Below are positions 1 through 13,569 of a stretch of DNA of 64,000 nt, in pieces. The stretch is taken from the NCBI GenBank assembly GCA_036785375.1, contig JAWMAR010000578.1, positions 930,001-994,000 of the forward strand, read 5' to 3'. Both the position numbers and the translations under genes were made by a program. How positions within the stretch are numbered: position 1 is the first letter of the stretch; the number at the start of each line of letters is the position of its first letter. Below the pieces are notes generated by a model. It had not been told where the DNA came from. It saw only the letters and a list, made by a program, of their open reading frames with translations, and searched no databases. The stretch comes from Leucoraja ocellata (lineage: Eukaryota).

Positions 1-114
1 TGCCCGAACTCCCGCGGCGAATAAACACGGTCCACATTCAGCCCGTCTAGTCGTGTTTGAGCTGTATCCATCAATATTTCTAAATCTGTTCCCAGCTCTA
101 TTTGCCAGTCTTAC

Positions 115-405
115 CTGGCTTGACGGTGTAGTCGACTTTGGCCGGGACCGCAAGGGAGACATGTGACACTAGGCAGGTGTAAATATCAACGCGCCAGGTA
201 GGCTTTGTTACTTGGAGAAAGCTGGAAGCCACATACAACTCCTCCACGCTACTGATGTTCACACGTTCTTCCCCGGTGGAAATTGTTACACCGTTTCTTT
301 GCCAGGATATTTTGACTTCCTTCGGGGAAAAGGCAGCCGTTTTACACACAAGTCTGGGCGGCGAACTGCCATTAACTTGGCTAATGCTCAGGGGAGTTGG
401 CGGAG
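115..405 (-). CDS. Gene A C1-set Ig exon; the gene continues off the left edge and its TM exon is not in the window
   Basis: Acceptor ttctgttacag|CT CCG and donor CCA G|gtaag, phase 1/1, 291 nt. Translation has LVCKTAAFSP...ISW...YTCLVSHVSL, the C1-set CxxxxFxP and YxCxVxH motifs. Confidence 0.9.
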
Positions 406-759
406 CTGTAACAGAAGAAAAAATATGTTGCACATTTTCTTTCCAATTCAACGATAACATTCTAGTTTGCCTCGTCACACCGCGACCTTGCACTCCCACC
501 ATGAGATCGGTTATCGGTACAATCGCTTTTGCAATCACTGATTTGTCATTGTTTTAGATTTGACAGTGAAATATATCCAAGCAATACATAAGGAATCCGA
601 GGTTTGGATGTAGGTAATATGAGGGCTTCTGAACAATCGCCAATGTTCTAAAGTGCCAAATCAGTAGCGTGGCGGGTGTGTATCATCGATGGCAACAACT
701 TTTTATGTTCATTCAAAAATGACTGTTTTTACGAGATTTTGGTGTAAAGAATGATACGT

Positions 760-1087
760 GTAGAGTGGAATATCACAGAGATACACAGCACAGCACAGCA
801 CAGAGCAGCCCAGATTACCTATTGCGTAATTAAACCTCCATCTCCACGTATTCATTTTTCATCTCCTGTCAACTTTCCTCTTCACTCCTCACCACGACCA
901 ATCAACCGGGACAATTTACAGAGGCTAGTTTTCCTACCAACCTGCATATCTGTGGCATGCGGAATAAACCGGAGCACCGGTGGAATGTCTACGCGTTGAA
1001 GGGGAGAACTATATATGGACGCACGCAGGATCTGGGTCGAACTTGGGTCGCTGAAATTTTGGGCAGCGCTAACCAATGTAGCGCTGT
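760..1087 (-). mobile_element. Diverged HE1-like tRNA-derived SINE
   Basis: The reverse complement resembles the SINEs at 22945 and 24695 (B-box-like gttcgaccc, taaattgtccc core). Confidence 0.5.
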
Positions 1088-1289
1088 ATATATCCAGATG
1101 TCACCAATATCAATAATCAATACGCAGGCCGTAGTTGCATTGATGAAAGCTTGGGCCACACAATTGTTTAATACCTGGGATGGAGGGCTCGAGTGATACA
1201 GCTTTTGGCCCGGGACGTTTCTCCACAATGCTAACCGAGCAATTTGAGCATGATAGAGTTATACTAATAGTTATTAAGAAGGAAATGCA

Positions 1290-1390
1290 GATGTCTGGAG
1301 AAGGATCTCGACCCGAACCGTCACCCATTCCTTCTCTCCAGAGATGCTGCCTGCCCGTTAAGTTACTCCAGCTTTTTGTGTCTATTTATT
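1290..1390 (+). mobile_element. Penelope-like terminal fragment with degenerate hammerhead motif
   Basis: ctggagaaggatctcgacccgaaccgtcacccattccttctctccagagatgctgcc...ttactccagc; this family recurs throughout the window. Confidence 0.55.
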
Positions 1391-2941
1391 GATAATTAGT
1401 ATCGCCGTGCAAATATTAGACACTTCTTCAATAAGTACAATACGCGAATGGGAAATCCAAATTAGACTACGTTTCTTCTACAATTTTGCCATTTTCCAAA
1501 TGTACTCGGTTTGTTGAAGACGTTTGGTCTGAATAAGATTTCACTTATATCAGCACAGAGTGGGTATTTGCGAACGCTGATCTACCTCCGTCGGATCTAC
1601 AATCAGTAGGTAGTTAGTAGGAGGCCTCTTGTTAAATCGCTCTACGAGTTGATGACTACGAGTTTAATAAGTTTTAAATATTTTTACATTCCGTTTCTTT
1701 AGTAACAGGTTGTTGGATCGGTTTCTTTATTGAACTCAGAGGAGACCTCGATGCTTATTCTCAGCCTCGGCGAGTGCATCATCAGCTAAAACGTAAAATT
1801 AATCTGTGGCACGAACACAGATCTATTTAGATAGAATGAATAATTGGGGGGAAACGTGGAGAGACTGATTCTTGTGGGTAACGTGGTTGAGTCATGTAAG
1901 AATGTAATTGTAAGGACGGGAGCTCAGGCGTTTGCCCCAATGCCGTTAAATCTTACTCGTATTTTATAAAGGTTAAGGGTTTAATGAGAATCCTCGGAGT
2001 GAGACGGTGATATTCTGTCCCTGGAGTAAGAATCGAGCAAATCAAACCTCTCAACGGTTTATAGGATTCATCTGTATAATAACCGTGGTGGTTTGATCCG
2101 GGGTTCAGCTTCGTTTACAGCCGACGAATAAGAGTAGAATATTTAAGGCCGAGGCCGCTCCGTTGTTCAATACAATCGTGGGTGGTTTGTGCGTCAGGTC
2201 TTTGTGTCACAAACCCTGTTGTCACATACCCCACGATACCTAATCTAAATTAATATTCTAACATCCCAATCTCGAGAGATCGATTTATTTTCTTGTTTCC
2301 AGACTTTAAGTGATTAAATGATTACAGATTTCGGAGATAATTTGTAAGGTGGCGCGTAAAAAGCGAAAATTATGTGTGAATCAATATGGACTGCAAACAC
2401 TATTCTTATGAGATTGTAACCACTATTGGCGTAGAGTGGTGGCGTTTGAATATTGTTTTAAAGAGCCTATCCAGGATGGAGGTGTTAAAATTATTCCATT
2501 GTCTTCGGGAGCAGAAATGGGACATTCCTATCACAACTGAGATTAAAACATCCACGTGGCTTCAACATTTTCCATGAAAAACAATTCTAAACAACCTTTT
2601 AATCTAAGTCATTTGATGCAAATACATTCAAGCACACCATGGAGGGTAGTAAAAGGTGAATCTGAATCGTGGGCAATAACGCCAAAGTGGACAGCGCGAA
2701 TCTGCAGGAGAGCAATGGAAAATCTCTGGAGAAGTACGAAATGAGGAAAAGGACATTTTATCTCTACACAGATGCTGACCCACTTACGGATTATTTAAAT
2801 ATATCAGATTTGGAACGGTTTGTTTTTATAGTATAAATCTTATCGAGTTTTTGCCGAGTTATAAAATGTCATGTTATTCATATCAGCGAGCTTTACTTGT
2901 ACCCCGGGAAGCTTAAAATGTCTCCCTTACAGGGCACTTAC

Positions 2942-3247
2942 CGAACACGGTGAGCGTTGAGCCAGGTCCATCTCCGATAGATTGCTGCTGTTGTTTCACT
3001 TTACAATAATAAACTCCGGAGTCCGCGATTTTCGTATTCAGGAGAATGAAATCCGCAATGCCCTTTCTGATAGAAAATTGTTTTCTGCTGTCTGGTTCTA
3101 TAAATGTCTTCTCGCCCCATTTCCACCAAGAAACAGCAGGAGTAACTTGTTGTATTGAGAATGTGCAGAACATGGACGCATTGCCTCCGCTGTGAACGGT
3201 CAGGTCTTTAGGGAATTGTCCCACTTTAGTTGAAGTTACTTCGAAGG
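2942..3247 (-). CDS. Gene A V-type Ig exon with germline J-like motif
   Basis: Acceptor ttatttctggcag|CC TTC and donor TTC G|gtaagt, 306 nt. Contains MFC...VSWW...DSGVYYC...GDGPGSTLTV. Confidence 0.9.
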
Positions 3248-3640
3248 CTGCCAGAAATAAAACAAGAATATTGAAAACAGTTGGCCATCCGGACAAGCAA
3301 AATGAACAAAGAGTTGAAAAATTCAAAATAAACTAGAATCGGACATAAACGAATTAAGAAGCATTGTAACTGAATTCGTGCTTGGTAACCAACATAGAAT
3401 ATTCTAAGGAGATACAAGGAACTGGTTTACAAAAAAAGACACCGAGTGTTGGAGTAACTCTGCTGCCAAGAGTCTTCTTTAGATTCTGAAGTAGTTTCGA
3501 CCCGAAACGTCACCTATCCACGTTCTCCTTAGATGCTGCCTGACCCACGGAATTACTCCAGAACTACATGTCTTTTTTAAAAATAGAATATTATAAAACA
3601 TGACATGAGATTCGGAAACCCCACATGTATCTAAACGTAC

Positions 3641-3695
3641 CATGCCAAACTGTAGCCAGAAGAGTCATGTATCGAACTGATGCTCCAAACGACAT
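3641..3695 (-). CDS. Gene A leader exon (MSFGASVRYMTLLATVWH)
   Basis: ATG to CAT G|gtacgt, phase 1, 55 nt. Same length and register as the leader exons of B, C and D. Confidence 0.8.
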
Positions 3696-4264
3696 TTTGC
3701 AAAATGAGGTGGTCGCTTGCTGCAAATGAGGAAGCCTCTTCAAAGATTCGTGTATTTCATGACGCCGGATATCATGTGACAGTGCAGTGGGTTTCATATT
3801 TAGTTTTATTTTAAGGCATCCCATCTCATCTCCCAGGTGAAACATTTATGCTTGATGTAGAATTTTCTCCTAGACTTCCCGGGAGCACTAAAGAATCCCG
3901 AGAGCAGAAGCTATCACTAATTGAATTACACAAACAAAATGGAGACACGAGGAACTGCAGGTGTTGGGACTGAATGAAGGGACCCGAAACGTCCATATTA
4001 CCGTTGTATTATTCCAGTAGTTTTCTACCACAAACAAAATTCCGTTCTTCCGTGTATTTTACTAGTTTTCTCGTTCCACGTAAATTATTTTTGTACTGCT
4101 CGACGGACCCAACAAGCTATCCAGCACCTATAGAGCAAATGGATACCTCTAATCTGCTGTGTTCCTTCAGCAAAGAACAGAATGCTGGAGGAACTCAGCG
4201 GGTCAGGCAGCATCGGCGGAAGGAATGGACAGACGATATTTTAGATCGCGAACCTTGCCCTGTT

Positions 4265-4460
4265 CGCGAAGGCCAGCTGGAGCTCTAGGTTGCTAACCAT
4301 TTGAACGTACCTTTTCCTTCCCATACCGACCTTTCCGTCCCTTCCGTCCCCCACTGCCAGAGTGAGACCAACACACAAACTGGAAGACCAGCACTTTACA
4401 TTTCACTTGAGTAGCTTACAAACTAATGGTTTGAACATTATACTTTCAAATTTCAGGTAC
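4265..4460 (+). mobile_element. Degenerate Penelope-like GIY-YIG C-terminal fragment
   Basis: With frameshifts it reads VANHL...HCQSE...KLEDQHFTFHLSSLQTNGLNIILSNFR. Confidence 0.55.
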
Positions 4461-4489
4461 TACGATACGATACAATGTGTGTGAAGGAG

Positions 4490-7400
4490 CTGCAGCTGCT
4501 GGTACTGGACCCCAAGAAAGTGAGTTTGTGGAGTGCCTCCGAGATGGATTCTTAGAGCAGCTTGTACTGGAACCTACCAGGGAGAAGGCAATTTGGGATT
4601 TAGTGTTGTGTAATGAACCGCATTTGATAAAGGGAACTCGATGTCAAGGAGCCATTAGGAGGTGGTGACCATAATCTGATATATTTTAATCTACAATTTG
4701 AGAGGGAGAAGGATAAATCGGAGGTGTCAGTATTACAGTTGAACAAAGGGGATTATGAAGCGATGAGGGAAGAACTGGCCAAAGTTGACTGGAAAGATAC
4801 CCTAGCAGGGATGGCAATGGATTCAACAATGGCAGGTATTTCTTGGAATAATACTGAAGGTTCAGGATCAGTTCATTCCAAAGAGCAAGACAGATTCCAA
4901 GGGGAGTAAGCGGCGACCGTGGCTGACAAGGGAAGTCAGGGACAATATAAAAATAAAAGAGAAGACATATAAAATAGCATAGATGAACAGGAAGCCAGAA
5001 GATTGGGAAACGTTTAAAGAGCAACAAATGGCAATACGGGGAGAAAAGATGAGGTACGAAGGTAAATTGCGGCAGAACACCAGCGCGCACCAAGCCTGCT
5101 CGGCCCACCAGAAGCACCAACAGACGGCGACGGGTACGAAAACACCACCGGGGACGCAGAGATGGGTTAAAGGCCAGGTTAGAGCTAGCCCCACACAGGG
5201 CAGCGATTCCTAGCCTTTTCCTCGCCAACGTGCGCTCACTGGCAAACAAAATGGATGAACTCCGGCTAAGGATCACCTCCCACAACCGGATCAAGGACTG
5301 CAACATCTTGATCTTCACTGAAACTTGGCTCAACACTGACAGCGCCATCCAGTTATCGGGACGTCATTTACTCCGAGCGGACAGGACATCTGACTCTGAT
5401 AAGACCAGAGGGGGGGGGGGGGGGGGGGGTCTGTGCATTTATGTAAACAAAGCATGGTGCACGGACTCCACCATCATCGAGAGTCACTGCTCAGCTAACC
5501 TTGAGTTCCGCTTGGTTAGATGCAGACCGTTCTATCTGCCCAGAGAGTTCACCTCCACTGTTGTGACTGCAGCCTATATCCCTCCTGATGCTAATGCCAA
5601 GCTTGCAATGAAAGAGCTGCATATTGCCATTAGCAAACAACAGAGGCACAACCCTGAGGCAGCCTTCATTGTTGCGGGTGACTTCAATCACTCCAAACTG
5701 AAGACTGTACTCCCCAAATTCCACCAACATGTATCCTTCCCCACTAGAGTAGACAAGACACTGGACAAAGTCTACACCAACATGGTTGAAGCTTACAAAG
5801 CCATCTTTCTCCCCCACCTTGGTCAGTCTGATCACGTCTCATTGTTCCTGCTCCCTAAGTACTTCCCACTCATCAGACGGGTTAAACCAACTGTAAGGAC
5901 AGTTAAAGTCTGGTCAGAGGAAGCGGACTTCACACTTCAGCAGTGTTTTGGAAACACTGACTGGAAGGCGTTTGCAGCCCAGGCCACCCTTGACTCTCAC
6001 ACGGACATTGATTCCTACACATCCTCTGTTCTGGACTTTATAAACTGCACCATCAATAGTGTCACCTCCCTCAAATATACCCGAATCAGAAGCCATGGAT
6101 GAACAGCGAGGTCAGGCTACTGCTGAAAGCACGGGACACCGCTTTCAGGTCAGGCGATGCTCGAGCCTACAGTTCATCCAGGGCTAACCTGAAGAGGGGC
6201 ATCAGGAAGGCCAAGCACTGCCATGAGCTCAGGATTGAGGAGCACTTCAACAACAACTCCGACCCCCGACGCATGTGGCAAGGCATCCAGGCCATCACGG
6301 ACTACAGACCCTCCAACATCACCCCCACATCCAGCGACGCCTCCTTCCTTGAGGAGCTGAATCACTTCTATGGCCGCTTCGACAGGGACAATCTAGAGAC
6401 AGCCATCAAGGCTGTTCTACCTGCCGATCACCAACCCCTCACACTCACCCCCTACGACGTGTATGTGGCACTGAGTAGGACTAATGCACGTAAAGGCTGC
6501 TGGCCCTGACGGCATCCCCGGGCGCGTGCTCAGGGCCTGTGCTGCGCAGCTGACAGACGTCTGGACTGACATCTTCAACCTGTCACTTGCCCAAGCAGTT
6601 GTCCCCACTTGCCTTAAAGCCACCTCCATCGTGCCAGTGCCAAAACACTCCACTGCGGCAAGCCTCAACGACTTCCGCCCAGTTGCACTTACCCCCATCA
6701 TCACCAAGTGCTTCGAGAGGCTGGTCCTGGCACACCTCAAAAGCTGCCTACCCCCCACACTGGATCCCTATCAGTTTGCCTACCGCAAGAACAGGAGTAC
6801 GGAGGATGCCATCTCAACGGCACTTAACTCCGCCCTCTCCCACCTCGACAACAGAGACACTTATGTAAGAATGCTGTTCATCGATTACAGCTCAGCATTC
6901 AACACCATTATTCCATCAAAACTGATCACCAAACTCGGTAACCTGGGCATCGACCCCTCCCTCTGCAACTGGATACTGGACTTTCTAACCAACAGACCCC
7001 AGTCTGTGAGGTTAGACAAGCACACCTCTTCAACCCTCACCCTGAACACCGGCGTTCCTCAGGGCTGTGTGCTGAGCCCCCTCCTCTACTCCCTCTTCAC
7101 CTATGACTGCACACCTGTACATGGTACTAACACCATCATCAAGTATGCAGATGATACAACGGTGATTGGCCTCATCAGCAACAACGATGAGCTGGCCTAC
7201 AGGGAGGAGGTCCAGCACTTAGCAGCATGGTGCGCTGACAACAACCTGGCCCTTAACTCCAAGAAGACCAAGGAGCTCATTGTAGACTTCAGGAAGTCCA
7301 GAGGCGGCACGCACACCCCCATCCACATTAACGGGACGGAGGTGGAACGTGTTTCTAGCTTCAGGTTCCTGGGAGTCAACATCTCCAATGACCTCTCTTG

Positions 7401-9685
7401 GACCCACAATACCTCTACTCTGATCAAGAAGGCTCATCAGCGTCTCTTCTTCCTGAGGAGACTGAAGAAGGTCCACCTGTCTCCTCAGATCCTGGTGAAC
7501 TTCTACCGCTGCACCATCGAGAGCATCCTTACCAACTGCATCACAGTATGGTATGGCAACTGCTCTGTCTCCGACCGGAAGGCATTGCAGAGGGTGGTGA
7601 AAATTGCCCAACGCATCACCGGTTCCTCGCTCCCCTCCATTGAGTCTGTCCAATGCAAGCGCTGTCTGCGGAGGGCGCTCAGCATCGCCAAGGACTGCTC
7701 TCACCCCAACCATGGACTGTTTACCCTCCTACCATCCGGGAGGCGCTACAGGTCTCTCCGTTGCCGAACCAGCAGGTCGAGGAACAGCTTCTTTCCGGCG
7801 GCTGTCACTCCACTCAACAACGTACCTCGCTGACTGCCAATCACCACCCCCCCCCCCCCCCCCCCCCCCGGACACTTATTATTTTTTTATTCAAATCGTT
7901 TGCTATGTCGCTCTTCAAGGGAGATGCTAAATGCATTTCGTTGTCTCTGTACTGTACACTGACAATGACAATTAAAATTGAATCTGAATCTGAATCTGAA
8001 ATTGGCCCAGAATATAAAGGATGGTATTAAAAGCTTATTTCGGTATGTGAAGAGGAAAAAAAAGTTAGGATCAAAGTTGGACCATTGAAGACTGAGAAAG
8101 GTGAATTTATTATGGGGAACAAGGAAATTGCAGACGAGTTGAACAGGTACTTTGGATCCATCTTCACTAAGGAGGACACAAACAATCTCCCTGATGTACC
8201 AGTGGCCGTAAGATCTTGGGTGACAGAGGAACTGAAGGAAATGCACATTAGGCAGGAAATGGTGTTGGGTAGACTGATGGGACTGAAGACTGATAAATCC
8301 CCAGGGCCCGATGATCTGCATCCCAGGGTACTTAAGGAGGTGGCTCTGGAAATCATGGATGCATTGGTGATTATTTTCCAATGTTCTGTAGATTCAGGAT
8401 CAGTTCCTGGGGATTGGAGGGTAGCTAATGTTATCCCACTGTTTAAGAAAGGCGGGAGAGAGAAAACAGGGATTTATAGGCCAGTTAGCCTGACATCGGT
8501 GGTGGGGAAGATGCTGGAATTAATTATAAAAGATGAAATAGCCACACATTTGGATAACAGTACAGGTAGCAGGATCAGTCCCAGTCAGCATGGTTTTACG
8601 AAGGGGAAATCATGCTAGACTAATCTTCTGGAATTTTTTGAGGATTTAACTGGGAAAATAGACAAGGGAGAGCCAGTGGATGTAGTGTACCTGGACTTTC
8701 AGAAAGCATTTGATAAGGCCCCACATAGGAGCTTAGTGGGCAAAATTAGGGCACATGGTATTGGGGGTAGAGTGCTGACGGATAGAAAATTGGTTGGCAG
8801 ACAGGAAAAAAAGAGTAGGGATTAACGGGTCCCTTACAGAATGGTAGGCAGTGACTAGTGGGGTACCGCAAGGCTCGGTGCTGGGACTGCAGCTATTTAC
8901 AATATACATTAATGATTTTGATGAAGGGATTAAAAATAACATTAGCAAATTTGAGAATGACACAAAGCTGGGTGGCAGTGTGACCTGTGAGGAGGATGCT
9001 ATGAGGATGCAGCATGACTTGGACAGGTTGGGTGAGTGGGCAGATGCATGGCAGATGCCGTTTAATGTGGATAAATGTGAGGTTATCCACTTTGGTGGCA
9101 AAACAGGAAGGCAGGTTATTATCTAAATGGTGTCAAGTTGGGAAAAAGGCAAGTACAACGGGATCTGGGGGTCCGTGTTCATCAGTCACTGAAAGTAAGC
9201 ATGCAGGTACAGTAGGCAGTGAAGAAAGCAAATGGCCTTCATAACAAGAGGAGTTGAGTACAGGAGCAAAGAGGTCTTTCTGCTGTTGTACAGGGCACTA
9301 GTGAGACCACACCTGGAATATTTATTGCAGTTTTGGTCTCCAAATCTGAGGAGGGCATTCTTGCTATTGAGGGAGTGCAGCGTAGGTAGGTTCACCAGGT
9401 TAATTCCCGGGATGGTGGGATTATCATATGTTGATAGAATGGAGCCGCTGGGCTTGTATACTCTGGAATTTAGGATGGGAGTGCGTCTTATTGAAACATA
9501 TAAGGTTGGACAAGCTAGAGGCAGGAAACATGTTCCCGATTTTGAGGGAGTCCAGAACCAGGGGTTACAGTTTAAGAATAAGGGGTAAGCCATTTAGAAC
9601 GGAGATGAAGAATAACTTTTTCATACAGAGAGTTGTGAGTCTGTGGAATTCTCTGCCTCAGAAGGCGGTGGAGGCCGGTTCTCTA
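4490..9685 (+). mobile_element. Degenerate CR1-clade LINE (ORF2 endonuclease end plus RT), interrupted by a Rex1-like insertion
   Basis: Motifs KSPGPDDLHPRVLKE, DWRVANVIPLFKKG, SQHGF, SGVPQGSVLG and [12 protein letters not shown], with many frameshifts. Confidence 0.9.
5070..7998 (+). mobile_element. Rex1/Babar-like non-LTR retrotransposon (APE + RT, two frameshifts) with 6-bp TSD
   Basis: Motifs [35 protein letters not shown] and [13 protein letters not shown]. It ends in an (AATCTG)n tail, has TSD aaattg at 5064-5069 and 7999-8004, and the paralogous site near 47010 is empty. Confidence 0.88.
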
Positions 9686-9687
9686 TA

Positions 9688-10037
9688 AACCAGAGATAGA
9701 CACAGAATGCTGGAGTAACTCAGAGGGACAGGTAGCATCTCTGGAGAGAAGGAATGAGTAACGTTTCAGGTCGAGACCTTCTTCAGACTGACGTCAGGGG
9801 GGAGGGATATAGATAGATAAGGAAGTTTGAAGTTGTGAAAACAGGGCAAAGGGAATGGAGATCAAGGGCAATGTGGAATAGATCATTGTTAGCCGAGAGA
9901 AAGTAACAACAAAGCAAACAAAGATAAAATGTAGTTGGAGACAGTAAGACTGGTTGAAGAACTGGGAAGGGGGAGGGATGGATATAGAGGGAAAGCAATG
10001 GTTAGTTGAAGTTAGAGAAGTCAATGTTCATACCGCT
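9688..10037 (-). mobile_element. Penelope-like element 3' fragment (ORF end SGMNIDFSNFN* plus hammerhead-bearing terminal region)
   Basis: Reverse-complement translation and the HHR motif; a copy lies at about 48690-49030. Confidence 0.65.
9757..9789 (-). ncRNA. Minimal type I hammerhead ribozyme motif (Penelope-associated)
   Basis: AGU-CUGAAGA-AGGU(CUCG)ACCU-GAAA-CGUU-ACU: intact core, stem II, palindromic ACGU in place of stem III, and a 3-bp stem I. Confidence 0.55.
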
Positions 10038-13000
10038 TAGACAGAACATGCCACTCAGTGGCATGAACACTGATCTTTCCACTTACATGTAACCCACTGG
10101 CCCTGTGTGTCTTTCTCACTCGCACAAGTCCACCCAGCCTATCTCTCCCATTTTCACCTTTTCTATCCCCCCTCGTGTTACTTGACTCATCACCCCGCTC
10201 CACCATTCCATGTCCACTCCCCAATGTACGTGCTTCTTCTCCATTAGTTCACCGTTCTTATATTCTATAAACCTAATGAATTGGTCAAGTGGTAGTGGCG
10301 GAAGATTGCAGCCTTCACGTGGTCCGCTCTGTTTCAATGAATGCAATCAATCTGGCGTGCAAAATCAAATAAGATTAAATAGACCAAGTTGTCCTACAAC
10401 TTTAGGCTGTGCACGTCATACGCAAGACGAAGAGGACCAAGTGGTTTTGCTCAACTATTGTCATTGTGAAGAAAAAAAGTATAATAAATTATAGTGTAGA
10501 ATGAAATTAGATCAAGTGAATTGTTTAAGAAGGAACTGCAGATGCTGGAAAATCGAAGGTAGACAAAAATGCTGGAGAAACTCAGCGGGTGCAGCAACAT
10601 CTATGGAGCGAGGGAAATAGGCAACGTTTCGGGCCGAAACCCTTCTTCAAATTGAGCCTGGCAGATGACATACAGATAGGGGCAGTACGATGAGTACTAT
10701 GCAATCATCCGCTTCAGGAATGTGGGAGTGCTGAAATGTCGGTAGCGAGAGAGTTCTGCAACATCCTCTCTCGCTGGCGAAATTTACTCATGATGTTGGG
10801 GATAGGTGATAAACGTCTGCAATATTCTGTGAAGCCACCAGGAGGAGCCCACTCCTCCAGCAGAGGTAGGAGGTTATGAAATCGCATTTATTTTTCTGAT
10901 GATGGATCCACAGAGTGAGAGGTAATTTTGGAAATAAGATCGGGCCATTCAACATTCAACAGGAAGCAATTTTTCATCCAGAAGGTTGGAGAGTATGAAT
11001 CTCTCACACCGAAGCAATCCGCGAATACTCAGACAAATGGAATTAGTGCTTCATTCCAATCCTTGCTGAAATTGTATTTTTGGCTGCAGGACCTCGTTTT
11101 TTTTTTGCAGCTTGGTTGTTCATTGTTCTATTAACCCTTTCGTATTCGACATTAACTGAACTGTGATTCGACTTTAACTGAAATGTACATGCATGCACTC
11201 TGTAACTAGACTGAGAGGATTGAAAATTCTGCTTGTTCTTTCTGGTCCACAGAACCAGGACACAGAAGACAACTTTTACGGCCTTATTGTCAAATTTCTA
11301 ATATCACAATGTGCATTTTCTGGTTAATATTATGAGCATTATACCACACCAGACAACAAAAGTAAAGATCCATCACATGACAGAGACTGATAATGTGATT
11401 CGATTAAACAAACAGATACACAAAATCCATTATAAATACATAGAATGCTCTGTTTTCGCGGATGTTGTGGGTTTAACGAAGTACTTCCAGTATTCTCCTT
11501 TTATAATGGATTTGATTCAATTTTGCATGGAAGGGTGAGAAATCGAGCTTGGTCTCCTCCCTTTCACCAGATGAAAACTTTCGACCTGAGATACATTGCG
11601 GTCTAAAATTGAAAAGCAATCGTTTGCGCAGATGAATCGAGAAAATCCGGGATAACTCTTCATGCTAGGAACTCGGTAACGAGGTTCTCATGTGTATAAC
11701 TATCTCCCCAATTGCACTGTAATTGCCTGAAAGGTAATTCTTATGTTTCGGTTGTGCATCCCTTGTAGGATAAGCGAGTTCGGTATCTTGATAAACGTAA
11801 GGAATTATGGGATTTGTCAAAGGTCATTCGGGATAATAAAAGCAAACACAGCACTGTATAAACTGTGCATAAATCGTTTACTATTCTACCAAGGAATTAA
11901 TCTAGAATTCTGTCAACTCATTTTCTTCCTTTCTTGTTCTGTTGTTCACACACTACTTACACAGTCCCAGTTCTAGTTCAGTTCATTAATCTGCAATTGT
12001 GAGATATTCAAAAAGAATTTATTATTTTCATTGAATCCTTAATATGTACTGAAATAAGAAAATATTACATGTTTGAAACATTGTCTTATTCATAATTTAT
12101 GTGTAAACATATATTTAATCTGAGGCAGGCAGCGACTGTATCGGTGTGATGTGGGCTGATGCTTTACCTACAGGCGGTGTGAATGTACCATTCAGGCAAA
12201 GATTAATCTCAGAGGAAAAATGAGTAAAGGGTTGGCCCTGTGAAGAAGCTTCCAATCCAATATAAGACATTTAACTGCGAATTGCCCACCTTTTAGTATT
12301 GGATATATTGAGTGGAGGGTCTGTGCTGTTCCAAGTTTGTGGTGGTTGCAGTACATTTCCCCCAGCCATCTCGCCCAGTGCACATTGACCAGCACAGATT
12401 GCCTGCCCTTGTTAGCAGAGGCTCTTTCTGCTGGTGTTACCTGAAGCCCAAAGGTTTTGTGGAGGCTCTGCATTAGGATTGGGCATGCGGCGAGCTAGTG
12501 AGAGGGCTGTCAGATCAGATCAGCCCAGGTTGCCGAATGGCTGAAGGGTGGGTTTTAATGGGTCATTATTAAACTGTTACATCTGTGCAGCATCACCAGC
12601 TCTCTCTCTCCCAGATCCCCCACCCCAACTGTCGACAAAGTCTGACTGAGAAAATGCACCCACTCATATTACGGGTTGGCTCTGCGTTTGCGCACTTGAT
12701 AGGGTGGGCGATAGAGAGCGTGAAAAGGGCCCATCAGCTGGGGAGGTGCGACCTACTCCTGAGTGAAGCCTCTAGTTTTGCTGCATTCAAATAGCTGTAA
12801 ATTCTCATAATTATCACCGCCCGGTCAACCAGACCTGGCTCCCAACTTTGTGCTGACCGACTGGAACCAACAGCAGAGGTTAAAGCGACAGCATCTTTAT
12901 TTAAGCCAACCCACCTCGAAAGTTTAACCAGCCTGTTGGAATCCAATCTGAACTTTCTAACCTATCCCCAACACAGCAGATTCTCCTTGTTTCCTTCGAT

Positions 13001-13245
13001 CCAGGAAGTTTGTTTAGATAGGAATGTAAGGACTGTCTCAAATTGGTTGACCACACAGCTTGTAATTCGTGTTAATCAATATCGAATTTGAATGGCTGTG
13101 ACACATGCTAATACCAGGGATATGATAATTGACAGGTTCATTCCAGACATTCTTGCGTTTTGAAGGCTGGTGCTGTATTGAGTCAATAATTTAAATAGAT
13201 ACAATTGTGGATTTGGGCAGGCTGCAGTACGCTGTGGCCGACTGC

Positions 13246-13541
13246 NNNNNNNNNNNNNNNNNNNNNNNNNNNNNNNNNNNNNNNNNNNNNNNNNNNNNNN
13301 NNNNNNNNNNNNNNNNNNNNNNNNNNNNNNNNNNNNNNNNNNNNNNNNNNNNNNNNNNNNNNNNNNNNNNNNNNNNNNNNNNNNNNNNNNNNNNNNNNNN
13401 NNNNNNNNNNNNNNNNNNNNNNNNNNNNNNNNNNNNNNNNNNNNNNNNNNNNNNNNNNNNNNNNNNNNNNNNNNNNNNNNNNNNNNNNNNNNNNNNNNNN
13501 NNNNNNNNNNNNNNNNNNNNNNNNNNNNNNNNNNNNNNNNN
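13246..13541. other. Assembly gap (N run)
   Basis: N characters. The paralogous position (about 53305-53390) is a (CCAT)n(CCGT)n(CTGT)n microsatellite. Confidence 0.99.
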
Positions 13542-13569
13542 ATCTGTCTTTCTATCTATTCATCTTCTA

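Noticed and set aside
1512-2226. Possible solo LTR (TG...CA) in the gene A intron
   Set aside because: No target-site duplication found and no second copy to confirm the ends.
12190-13200. Coding-looking minus-strand stretch, possibly a decayed retroviral or TE ORF
   Set aside because: Multiple stops and no recognisable motif; it needs a tBLASTx search.
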